Below, piece after piece: positions 25,012 to 32,038 of a stretch of 34,243 nt of DNA. The position numbers were made by a program, and so were the translations under genes. Numbering within the stretch: position 1 is the stretch's first letter; each line of letters begins with the position of its first letter. Under the pieces are notes generated by a model. That model made no database searches, had not been told where the DNA came from, and was given only the letters and a program-made list of their open reading frames with translations. The stretch covers positions 1 to 34,243 of the IMG/VR virus record IMGVR_UViG_3300049009_000280; one strand, given 5' to 3'. The DNA is from a virus. Its lineage: Duplodnaviria; Caudoviricetes.

Positions 25012-25823
25012 ATGAGCTTCATCTATTCGCTGGCGCTGGTGGAGGAATCCTGGCCGGCAAACAACTTGGACACAGGTGCGTCTGCGCCGTTGAGTGGGAA
25101 CCCTACGCCCAGGCCGTCCTTGTGGCACGACAAAACGATGGCAGTCTCCCGCCTTTCCCGATTTGGGATGATGTGCAAACCTTTGATGGACGGCCATGGC
25201 GCAACATTGTTGACATTGTGGCTGGCGGCTTCCCATGCCAGGACATATCCGTCGCCGGCAAAGGCGCAGGCATTGATGGCGCCAAGTCAGGAATGTGGGG
25301 ACACATGGCGCGGATCATTGGCGAAATTCGACCCAAGCACGTTTTCGTGGAGAACAGCCCAGCCCTCATTACTCGAGGACTTGGGCGAGTCCTCGGTGAT
25401 TTGGCCGCGCTCGGGTATGACTGCCGCTGGACAGTGCTGGGAGCTGCCGATGTTGGGGCACAGCATCAAAGGGATAGATTCTGGCTTGTGGCCCACCATA
25501 ACGGTGTGTGGCAACTACAACCGCAAAGGCGCCAGCGCTACCAGTGGGGATGGCCTGATAACGGCGCTCAGGACATGGCCAACGCCAATCAGGCGCGACA
25601 GCAGGACGGTGCGGGGGGGGGCAAGAATGAAGAATTCCATAGGGTCGGAACCACTGATAACGCAAGTGGCGGAATCGGAGCGCCGCACAGATGGCCGCCT
25701 GAACCCGATGTGGGTCGAATGGTTGATGGGGTGGCCTTTGGGATGGACCGACTTAAAGCCCTTGGCAACGGACAAGTTCCAGCCTGCGCAGCCGCCGCTT
25801 GGAGAATCCTAAATGCTCCGTGA
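25008..25823 (+). CDS. C5-cytosine DNA methyltransferase, catalytic (alpha) chain
   Basis: TTG start; motifs I (LFAGAGG), IV (GGFPCQDIS), VI (ENS), VIII (HQRDRFW), X (LKALGNGQVP); no recognisable motif IX. Confidence 0.92.
   Translation: MNELHLFAGAGGGILAGKQLGHRCVCAVEWEPYAQAVLVARQNDGSLPPFPIWDDVQTFDGRPWRNIVDIVAGGFPCQDISVAGKGAGIDGAKSGMWGHMARIIGEIRPKHVFVENSPALITRGLGRVLGDLAALGYDCRWTVLGAADVGAQHQRDRFWLVAHHNGVWQLQPQRRQRYQWGWPDNGAQDMANANQARQQDGAGGGKNEEFHRVGTTDNASGGIGAPHRWPPEPDVGRMVDGVAFGMDRLKALGNGQVPACAAAAWRILNAP
25012..25812 (+). CDS. Putative methyltransferase beta chain in the overlapping +1 frame
   Basis: 266-aa same-strand ORF with two WPT-initiated units and a motif IX-like GRLNPMWVEWLMGWP. 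Confidence 0.7.
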   Translation: MSFIYSLALVEESWPANNLDTGASAPLSGNPTPRPSLWHDKTMAVSRLSRFGMMCKPLMDGHGATLLTLWLAASHARTYPSPAKAQALMAPSQECGDTWRGSLAKFDPSTFSWRTAQPSLLEDLGESSVIWPRSGMTAAGQCWELPMLGHSIKGIDSGLWPTITVCGNYNRKGASATSGDGLITALRTWPTPIRRDSRTVRGGARMKNSIGSEPLITQVAESERRTDGRLNPMWVEWLMGWPLGWTDLKPLATDKFQPAQPPLGES

Positions 25824-27420
25824 CTACCAACAGCGCACCATAGACCAGCTCTACGCCTGGTTCGACCGCAACGCCACCGGCAACCCCTGCCTGGTGTTGC
25901 CCACCGGCTCGGGCAAGAGCCACATCATTGCAGCCCTGTGCAAGCGGGTATTGCAGGAGTGGCCGGACAGCCAGATTTTGATGCTGACCCATGTCAAGGA
26001 ACTCATTGAGCAGAACGTGGAGAAGTTGCGCCAGCACTGGCCCGATGTGCCGGTGGGCATCTACAGCGCGAGCATCGGCAAGAAACAGTTGGGCGAGCCG
26101 ATCACGTTTGCTGGCATCCAATCGGTGCGCAAAAAGGCCGCGCTGCTTGGGCACGTTGACCTAGTGCTGGTGGACGAGTGCCACCTGATTGCGCACAAAG
26201 ACCAAGGCGGTTACCGCAGCCTGCTGGCCGCTCTGTTGGCAATCAACCCTCGCTTGCGGGTTGTGGGCCTGACCGCCACGCCCTACCGTCTCGGCCACGG
26301 CATGATTACCGACAAGCCAGCGATATTCCGCGAGCTCATCGAGCCCACCAACATCCTCGAGCTGGTGCGCCTCGGCCACCTGGCGCCGCTACGCTCCAAG
26401 CACACCACGGCGCAGCTGGACACAAGCGAGGTTCACAAGCGCGGCGGGGAGTTCATCGAGGCCGAGTTGCAGGCCGCAGTGGACACGGAAGACCAGAACA
26501 ATTCCGTTGTGCGCGAGATCATCAAGCTGGCCGGGGATCGCAAGGCGTGGCTGGCCTTCTGCTCTGGCGTCCAGCACGCATGGAACATATGCGACAAGTT
26601 GAACGAGCTCGGCATCATTGCGGACTGCATCACCGGCGGCACTTCAAAGAAAGAGCGCGAGCGCATCATCGGCGAATTCAAGGCTGGCCGAATCCGCTGC
26701 CTGACAAACGCCAACGTCCTGACCACCGGATTTGATTACCCGGACATTGACCTGATCGCCATGCTGCGCCCCACCATGTCGCCAGGCCTCTACGTCCAAA
26801 TGGCGGGCCGGGGTTTGCGGCCCAAGAGCCACACCGACCATTGCCTGGTGCTCGACTTCGCCGCAGTGGTGGCAACCCACGGCCCCATCACCCATGTCCG
26901 ACCGCCGAACAAAAAAGGCGAGAAGGAAGGCGCCGCGCCAGTGAAGGTATGCGACAACTGCCAAGAACTCTGCGCCCTGGCGGCTCGTGTATGCCCTGCC
27001 TGCGGGCATCCGTTCCCTGAGCCCGAGCCCAAGAAGTTGAAGTTGCAGAACGACGACATTATGGGCTTGGCGGGCAAGGAAATGTCGGTCACCGCCTGGC
27101 GCTGGCGCAAGCATGTCAGCCGCGCCAGCGGCCAAGAAATGCTGATGGTCACCTATTACGGTGCGCTCTCCGATGCGCCAGTGTCCGAATACATGCCGAT
27201 CAACAATCCCGGCTATGCGGGCGAGAAGGCCCGCAGGACCGTGGCAACGATTGCCGTAGATGCCGATGTGCTCGTGTCGGACCTTTACAACCCGCTAGAC
27301 GTAGTGGCCGATATTCTGTCCTGCGGCGAGCCGCCAGCAATGATTGAGTTCAAGATGGACGGTAAATTTCACCGTGTGCTTCAAAGGAAATGGAAACTAG
27401 ATGCGCCACAAACAGCCTGA
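25813..27420 (+). CDS. SF2 DEAD/H helicase (RadD/YejH-like)
   Basis: LRDYQ, PTGSGKS, VDECH, GLTATP, LTTGFD, QMAGRGLR, C-terminal CxxC-CxxC. Confidence 0.93.
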   Translation: MLRDYQQRTIDQLYAWFDRNATGNPCLVLPTGSGKSHIIAALCKRVLQEWPDSQILMLTHVKELIEQNVEKLRQHWPDVPVGIYSASIGKKQLGEPITFAGIQSVRKKAALLGHVDLVLVDECHLIAHKDQGGYRSLLAALLAINPRLRVVGLTATPYRLGHGMITDKPAIFRELIEPTNILELVRLGHLAPLRSKHTTAQLDTSEVHKRGGEFIEAELQAAVDTEDQNNSVVREIIKLAGDRKAWLAFCSGVQHAWNICDKLNELGIIADCITGGTSKKERERIIGEFKAGRIRCLTNANVLTTGFDYPDIDLIAMLRPTMSPGLYVQMAGRGLRPKSHTDHCLVLDFAAVVATHGPITHVRPPNKKGEKEGAAPVKVCDNCQELCALAARVCPACGHPFPEPEPKKLKLQNDDIMGLAGKEMSVTAWRWRKHVSRASGQEMLMVTYYGALSDAPVSEYMPINNPGYAGEKARRTVATIAVDADVLVSDLYNPLDVVADILSCGEPPAMIEFKMDGKFHRVLQRKWKLDAPQTA

Positions 27421-27592
27421 GATCGTGACGATCTACTACAACGCAATCAAGGCCGGCCCGCCGCGTTGCTGCCACAGCTGCGAGATGTATGGCACAGACG
27501 GACTGTGCGTGGAGTTTTTTAAGGAGCCGCCGGAAGAGTTCGCCGCTACGCCGGGCGTGTGTGACAAGTGGACCCTTGACCTGCCCTTCTGA
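27401..27592 (+). CDS. Small Cys-rich protein (63 aa)
   Basis: PRCCHSC...G.C...CDKW..DLPF; overlaps the helicase end. Confidence 0.7.
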   Translation: MRHKQPEIVTIYYNAIKAGPPRCCHSCEMYGTDGLCVEFFKEPPEEFAATPGVCDKWTLDLPF

Positions 27593-27593
27593 T

Positions 27594-27929
27594 ATGAAAA
27601 CCGAACACGAAGAACAACGCGAGCTGGTGCAGTGGATCCGCCAGGCTTGCGGGGTGCGGGTTTTCGCGGTGCCCAACGGTGGCCTGCGAGGCATTGCAGC
27701 CGCTGGCCGACTGAAGGCCGAGGGCGTTAGCGCCGGAGTGCCAGACCTGTTCGTGCCGGCCTGGCTGCTCTGGATCGAAATGAAGCGGGAGAAAGGCGGC
27801 AGCATCTCGCCAGAGCAGCAGAGCTGGCACGACTACCTGCGCAACCTGGGGCATCATGTGATCGTCGGGCGCGGGCAGGAAGATGCTAAAGAAAAGATGC
27901 GAAACCTAGGGTTTGTACCTAAGAATTGA
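27594..27929 (+). CDS. VRR-NUC-type endonuclease (putative Holliday junction resolvase)
   Basis: Start ATG 27594; TEHEEQ, FAVPNGG, EGVSAGVPDL, WIEMK, SPEQ. Confidence 0.88.
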   Translation: MKTEHEEQRELVQWIRQACGVRVFAVPNGGLRGIAAAGRLKAEGVSAGVPDLFVPAWLLWIEMKREKGGSISPEQQSWHDYLRNLGHHVIVGRGQEDAKEKMRNLGFVPKN

Positions 27930-27986
27930 TGCTTTTTTTTGGGTAATATCCATCTCACACCAACCCGCAACCGGACCGGAGCCAAC

Positions 27987-28169
27987 ATGAAGATCAACAC
28001 CACCCACACCCTCTACGCGCCCGCCAAGGCCGAAGAGATCGCCGCCTTGCTGACCATTGACGGCGACGGCTGGACCTACAAGGTTAAGCACGATCCCCTG
28101 GGCACCGGCTGGTCTTTCATCGAAGTGTTCGACGAAGACCAGTTCATCATTGGCCGCGTGACCTTTTAA
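27987..28169 (+). CDS. Hypothetical protein (60 aa)
   Basis: GGAG SD before ATG 27987; first gene after an AT-rich intergenic. Confidence 0.7.
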   Translation: MKINTTHTLYAPAKAEEIAALLTIDGDGWTYKVKHDPLGTGWSFIEVFDEDQFIIGRVTF

Positions 28170-28181
28170 CCTGGAGCCCTC

Positions 28182-28256
28182 ATGATTTCCGACACCCTCT
28201 TCGCCATAGCCCTTGGGCTTGCCGGTGCCACCTTCCTCTTCTTGGCGCTCTCATGA
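28182..28256 (+). CDS. Single-TM micropeptide (24 aa)
   Basis: GGAG SD; MISDTLFAIALGLAGATFLFLALS; ATGA overlap with the next gene. Confidence 0.65.
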   Translation: MISDTLFAIALGLAGATFLFLALS

Positions 28257-28531
28257 ACGGCGCCCCACCCTGCCCACGCGAAAGCGTGGAATTCATCTAC
28301 GACATAGACGATGTAGACCAGCCCCTGGTCTGCCACCTAGACTACCAGCCATCGGAGGATGGCCACGGCGATCACCCCGACTACCCCAGCACCATGTGCC
28401 TAGAGGCGGCCTACATCAAGGATGTGGACATTTTGGGTCTCCTGAGCCCTGACAAAATCGAGGCGATCGAACTGCTGGCCCTGGACGAGCAAGAGCGATT
28501 CGATGGCGATGGTGGATACGATGAAGAATAA
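28253..28531 (+). CDS. Acidic hypothetical protein (92 aa)
   Basis: Coupled start; very Asp/Glu-rich. Confidence 0.7.
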   Translation: MNGAPPCPRESVEFIYDIDDVDQPLVCHLDYQPSEDGHGDHPDYPSTMCLEAAYIKDVDILGLLSPDKIEAIELLALDEQERFDGDGGYDEE

Positions 28532-28727
28532 AAAACCGCCAAGCATTGGATGGTGGCCCACCGGCTCAAACAGGTTGCGCTGGTGGAACGGCGAGTACTG
28601 GTCCTGGGCTTGCCTGGACAGCGACAGCGAGAGCCAAGTGCGTTATTACAGCGCCAAAGAGGCGATCGGTGATGTTGTGGTGTGGTATCCACGGCCAGAC
28701 AGTTGGCCTGAGAGGAGCAAGACATGA
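28521..28727 (+). CDS. Trp-rich hypothetical protein (68 aa)
   Basis: PPSIGWWP...LRWWNGEYWS; overlaps both neighbours. Confidence 0.65.
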   Translation: MKNKKPPSIGWWPTGSNRLRWWNGEYWSWACLDSDSESQVRYYSAKEAIGDVVVWYPRPDSWPERSKT

Positions 28728-28828
28728 AAGACAGGGAAGAGTACTTCTGTCGCGCAGCAGCCCGCCAGAGCCTGTTCTGCGCCGTCTGGATCGTCGCCCT
28801 GGTGGCGCTGATTGCGTGGATGGCATGA
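28724..28828 (+). CDS. Single-TM micropeptide (34 aa)
   Basis: AGGAG SD; MKDREEYFCRAAARQSLFCAVWIVALVALIAWMA; ATGA overlaps at both ends. Confidence 0.65.
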   Translation: MKDREEYFCRAAARQSLFCAVWIVALVALIAWMA

Positions 28829-28956
28829 CGCACATCGGCTGGATGATCCTTGAAAGCAATGTTTGCATCCTGCTCACCAGGCGCCGCGAAGAGATGCAGT
28901 ACTGGGTAGACCTCGGATGCGATGCGGTACCGCTGTATGCAGTGCCCCCGGTGTAA
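28825..28956 (+). CDS. Hypothetical protein (43 aa)
   Basis: ATGA-coupled start; MTHIGWMIL...AVPLYAVPPV. Confidence 0.55.
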   Translation: MTHIGWMILESNVCILLTRRREEMQYWVDLGCDAVPLYAVPPV

Positions 28957-29194
28957 CGCGCCGACCAGCGTGGTCTCAACGCGCCATCAACCCGACAACA
29001 CAACCCGAAGGAGATACGAATGCTTCAACAAACACAGGTTCAGCACAACGGAACAACACGCCGTTTTCCCAGGTCGCTCGACGAAGCCTTTGGAAGCGAT
29101 GGGTACGCTATCACCCACTACCGAAACAGATGGTCGTGGGTCAACCGAGCCGCCGTCTGCGTTCTTTGCGCTTTGGCACTGGTGTGGGGAGTGA
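28937..29194 (+). CDS. NrdR-N/Ogr-like zinc-ribbon protein
   Basis: MQCPRC...VVSTR...TRRRYECFNKHRFSTTE. Confidence 0.65.
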   Translation: MQCPRCNAPTSVVSTRHQPDNTTRRRYECFNKHRFSTTEQHAVFPGRSTKPLEAMGTLSPTTETDGRGSTEPPSAFFALWHWCGE

Positions 29195-29208
29195 CGCTGT
29201 GGACCTGA
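29020..29208 (+). CDS. Membrane-anchored hypothetical protein (62 aa)
   Basis: AAGGAG SD; TTRRFPRSLDEAF followed by a C-terminal hydrophobic helix; overlaps the endolysin start. Confidence 0.6.
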   Translation: MLQQTQVQHNGTTRRFPRSLDEAFGSDGYAITHYRNRWSWVNRAAVCVLCALALVWGVTLWT

Positions 29209-29621
29209 AGACCCAACTGCTACGCGAGGAAGGCACCGAGTCCTGCGCGTACCAGGACAGTCTCGGTTACTGGACTATCGGCGTAGGCCGCTTGATTGAC
29301 TCGCGCAAGGGCAGCGGCCTGTCGAACGACGAGATCGACTTTCTGCTTGAGAACGATATCAAGGTCAAGACCCGCGAGGTATTGTTGGCGCTGCCGTGGA
29401 TGCCCAGACTGTCCGAGCCGCGCCAGGCCGTGCTGATCGGCATGGCCTTTCAGATGGGCATCGGCGGGTTGCTCAAGTTCAAGCGCGCACTGGGGTCCAT
29501 CGAGGATGGACAGTACAGCGAAGCAGCGATGGAGATGTTGGACAGCGCCTGGGCCAAGCAGACGCCAGCACGAGCGCATCGCATGGCGCTACAGATGGAG
29601 ACGGACGAATGGACCCCCTGA
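29199..29621 (+). CDS. Endolysin (T4-lysozyme-like, GH24)
   Basis: GTG start with GGGAG SD; catalytic E-x8-D-x5-T (EGTESCAYQDSLGYWT), TIGVG, MAFQMG, SAWAKQTP.RA. Confidence 0.9.
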   Translation: MDLKTQLLREEGTESCAYQDSLGYWTIGVGRLIDSRKGSGLSNDEIDFLLENDIKVKTREVLLALPWMPRLSEPRQAVLIGMAFQMGIGGLLKFKRALGSIEDGQYSEAAMEMLDSAWAKQTPARAHRMALQMETDEWTP

Positions 29622-29986
29622 CCGCAGGCGTCGAACTGGCGCAGACCGTCATCACCCGCATCTGGCCGGACAAGAGCGCAGCCGAGGCGGCGCAGCTTGC
29701 CGCCCAGGTCGCCATTGTCCAAGGTCAACTCGACGTCAACCGCGCCGAGGCGTCGAGCCCCAGCGCGTTCACCAGCGGCTGGCGCCCAGCGATTGGCTGG
29801 GTCTGCGCCTCGGCTTTGGCGTGTCAGTACATCGCCAGGCCGCTAGTCCAGTGGGCCGGGATTGTGTTGGACCATCCGCTGCCGACGCTGCCGGGGATTG
29901 ATGACAACCTCTGGCAGTTGATGTTGGGGATGCTCGGGCTCGGTGGCCTTAGAACTTTTGAGAAAACGAAGGGGATTGCGTCGTGA
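29609..29986 (+). CDS. Holin (3TM gene-transfer-release family-like)
   Basis: Start ATG 29609; QLDVN.AEA.S.S.F.SGWRPAIGW, LGMLGLGGLRTFEK. Confidence 0.85.
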   Translation: MDPLTAGVELAQTVITRIWPDKSAAEAAQLAAQVAIVQGQLDVNRAEASSPSAFTSGWRPAIGWVCASALACQYIARPLVQWAGIVLDHPLPTLPGIDDNLWQLMLGMLGLGGLRTFEKTKGIAS

Positions 29987-30219
29987 ACCGAATAGTCAGT
30001 GAACTCATTGAGAAAGCCAATGAATGGAGTTATGAGGAGTACAACTACAAAGAAACCGGGTATACCAGGGAGCAGTTGTACTCTCAGAAACTTGCCGAGC
30101 TTATTGTGCTGGAGTGCGCAAACATTGTGAGAAACAGTAGCCTACCAGACTCCTACAGCGAAGCTTGCCTGGAATATATTGCGGATGAGTTGGAAGAACA
30201 CTTTGGAGTAGCAGAATGA
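29983..30219 (+). CDS. Hypothetical protein, paralogue 1
   Basis: GTGA overlap; QKLAELIVLECA...HFG. Confidence 0.75.
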   Translation: MNRIVSELIEKANEWSYEEYNYKETGYTREQLYSQKLAELIVLECANIVRNSSLPDSYSEACLEYIADELEEHFGVAE

Positions 30220-30416
30220 ACGAACGAATCCGAACATTTATGGAAGGCTACTTCGACATTACAGTTGACAGTCACGGGCGGGAGGAATGCACTGCCGACT
30301 TCATCAACGTGCAGAAGTTCGCCGACCTCATCATTATGGAATGCGCCGAATTGAGTGTTGGTTATACAGGAAACGTGAAGCTGTTAATAATGAACCATTT
30401 CGGGATGGAACCATGA
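30216..30416 (+). CDS. Hypothetical protein, paralogue 2
   Basis: GGAG SD; MNERI...QKFADLIIMECA...HFG. Confidence 0.75.
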   Translation: MNERIRTFMEGYFDITVDSHGREECTADFINVQKFADLIIMECAELSVGYTGNVKLLIMNHFGMEP

Positions 30417-30499
30417 ACACGAGCTACTACAACTTAATGCTTTTTCTAATCTGGACATTCTTAGTGTTCTGCTATGGTGTAGGTTGGGGTAGAAAATGA
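30413..30499 (+). CDS. Single-TM micropeptide (28 aa)
   Basis: MNTSYYNLMLFLIWTFLVFCYGVGWGRK; ATGA overlaps at both ends. Confidence 0.6.
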   Translation: MNTSYYNLMLFLIWTFLVFCYGVGWGRK

Positions 30500-30765
30500 A
30501 TGTTAACCCAAACCCCTGGATTATTGAACAGCGCATAGCATGGTGCAAAGACAGAGCCGAACACAATGGGTTTCGTCTTGAGCCTGGAGATGGCAATAAC
30601 ACCATCAATATAGTTGCGGACACAGTACCCTACGGCAAGGATGTTGTCATTGCCCGGTTATATGATTGGTCACTCGTAGAGATGTACCTTATTGGATATG
30701 AGCAGGGCAAGAGGGAGACGCATATTGTTGCTACGCTGGCAAAGGGTAAGAAAGCGAAACCGTAA
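30496..30765 (+). CDS. Hypothetical protein (89 aa)
   Basis: Coupled start and stop within the small-ORF chain. Confidence 0.7.
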   Translation: MNVNPNPWIIEQRIAWCKDRAEHNGFRLEPGDGNNTINIVADTVPYGKDVVIARLYDWSLVEMYLIGYEQGKRETHIVATLAKGKKAKP

Positions 30766-31019
30766 TGTCATACGACTGGGGAAGAACGGAACACAACATG
30801 AATAAACCATACGCCTGGGTAGACATTGACAGTAAGCTCTGGAACCACAGGACTAGCCTAAGAGATATGCCGCTTTACACGAAGCAAGAGTGGCAAGGGC
30901 TGACGGACGAAGAGATACACGATTGCTTCCAAAACCGTGGCCGTGGCAGTGATGGGTTGAAAACACGCAAACTAATTGCAGCGGCTATAGAAGCAATGCT
31001 TAAGGAGAAGAACACATGA
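30765..31019 (+). CDS. Hypothetical protein (84 aa)
   Basis: TAATG overlap; PLYT..EWQGLTDEEI...AIEAMLKEKNT. Confidence 0.72.
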   Translation: MSYDWGRTEHNMNKPYAWVDIDSKLWNHRTSLRDMPLYTKQEWQGLTDEEIHDCFQNRGRGSDGLKTRKLIAAAIEAMLKEKNT

Positions 31020-31213
31020 CTGAAACCGAGAGAAACCTAGACCTACTGCTAGGCGATGCCTTAGCAGATAACGAGCGCCTCAAGCGCGAACTCAGGTACC
31101 AAGACGCCAGAGACAACCACATCGGCACACACGGCCCCGACTGCTGGGCATGGGGGCCGAAACATTACGAGTGCGCGCTGCGGCACATAGGTGGCTCGAA
31201 TGATGCATCCTGA
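31016..31213 (+). CDS. Hypothetical protein (65 aa)
   Basis: AAGGAG SD; short coiled coil, then GTH..DCW.WG..HYECA possible metal site. Confidence 0.7.
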   Translation: MTETERNLDLLLGDALADNERLKRELRYQDARDNHIGTHGPDCWAWGPKHYECALRHIGGSNDAS

Positions 31214-31610
31214 CACCGAGCTGCTGATGCACCTAGCATCCAACCTAGTCCGCGAGTACCCCAACGGCGTCAGCACAGTGGATATGCACTTGCGCATGGC
31301 GATCTCGCTCGACAAGACCCGCAAGATTCTGTGCTTCGCCCGCAAGGCGCGGCTGCTGGGCGTGGCCGGCTCCGGCGTCACCGCTCGATGGGCATCGCCT
31401 GAGCGAGCGGCAGAGCTAGACGCTGGGCGATGGACGAAGCGCAAGCTACAGCACAAGGCCTGCAGGGACCGTAGGACAGCAAGGATTGCCGCCCGCCAGG
31501 CCGCGTCGGAACTGGCGCCGCGTCGGGTGGCGAAGCCGTTCAAACTTCATGCGCCCAACAGCGTGTGGCAACTAGCGGAGTTCCCATGCGACCCACCAAA
31601 GCGGCGATAG
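31200..31610 (+). CDS. Basic hypothetical protein, possible winged-HTH
   Basis: YPNGVSTVDMHLRMAISLDKTRKIL; Arg/Lys-rich tail ending PNSVWQL; start uncertain (31200 or 31203). Confidence 0.6.
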   Translation: MMHPDTELLMHLASNLVREYPNGVSTVDMHLRMAISLDKTRKILCFARKARLLGVAGSGVTARWASPERAAELDAGRWTKRKLQHKACRDRRTARIAARQAASELAPRRVAKPFKLHAPNSVWQLAEFPCDPPKRR

Positions 31611-31807
31611 ACGCGATCCGCGAAGCCTACATGGCTGACGTCTTGACAATCAGAGCGCACATCCTAGCGCTCAATGATCCGCATCTGGAGGATGCCTGGG
31701 CCGGCATCGAGACGTTCGCTGCGGTGGCGCTTCGGGTGATGGCGAAGACCAACCCTAGCAAGCTCAAGAGCGAGATGGTAACTGTGGGCATCTCGGCGCT
31801 GCTATGA
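31586..31807 (+). CDS. Hypothetical protein (73 aa)
   Basis: GGAG SD before ATG 31586; last gene of the plus arm. Confidence 0.65.
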   Translation: MRPTKAAIDAIREAYMADVLTIRAHILALNDPHLEDAWAGIETFAAVALRVMAKTNPSKLKSEMVTVGISALL

Positions 31808-32038
31808 CCTGTCGACCTTGCCGTCCAGCTTGTCGAATATGCGCCCCAGCAGGTCGCGGATTTCTTTGAGGTCCGACCTGTAATCGTCTCGGGTGACGTA
31901 GGTCTTGGGTAGCTCAACCGACAGGCGGGTCAGGTCGGCTTGCAGCATCTTGACCGAGGTCCAAAGCTCCCTCGCGAACCAACCGATGACGGTGCAGGAG
32001 AGCCCTAGACCGGAGTTGATAAGCGACTGGGAATCCAT
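31802..32038 (-). CDS. TM plus coiled-coil protein (possible holin/lysis accessory)
   Basis: N-terminal hydrophobic helix, then LPKTYVTRDDY...IFDKLDGKVD. Confidence 0.7.
   Translation of the reverse strand: MDSQSLINSGLGLSCTVIGWFARELWTSVKMLQADLTRLSVELPKTYVTRDDYRSDLKEIRDLLGRIFDKLDGKVDRS

Noticed and set aside
25008-25823. Methyltransferase as a frameshifted pseudogene or assembly error
   Set aside because: Both frames are open end to end with coupled starts and stops; motif order VIII (frame A), IX (frame +1), X (frame A) would need two compensating errors and matches a known two-chain arrangement
28863-29608. N-terminal extensions of endolysin (track start 28863) and holin (track start 29396)
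   Set aside because: The extensions overlap other genes; GTG 29199 has an SD and ATG 29609 overlaps the endolysin end, giving typical protein sizes
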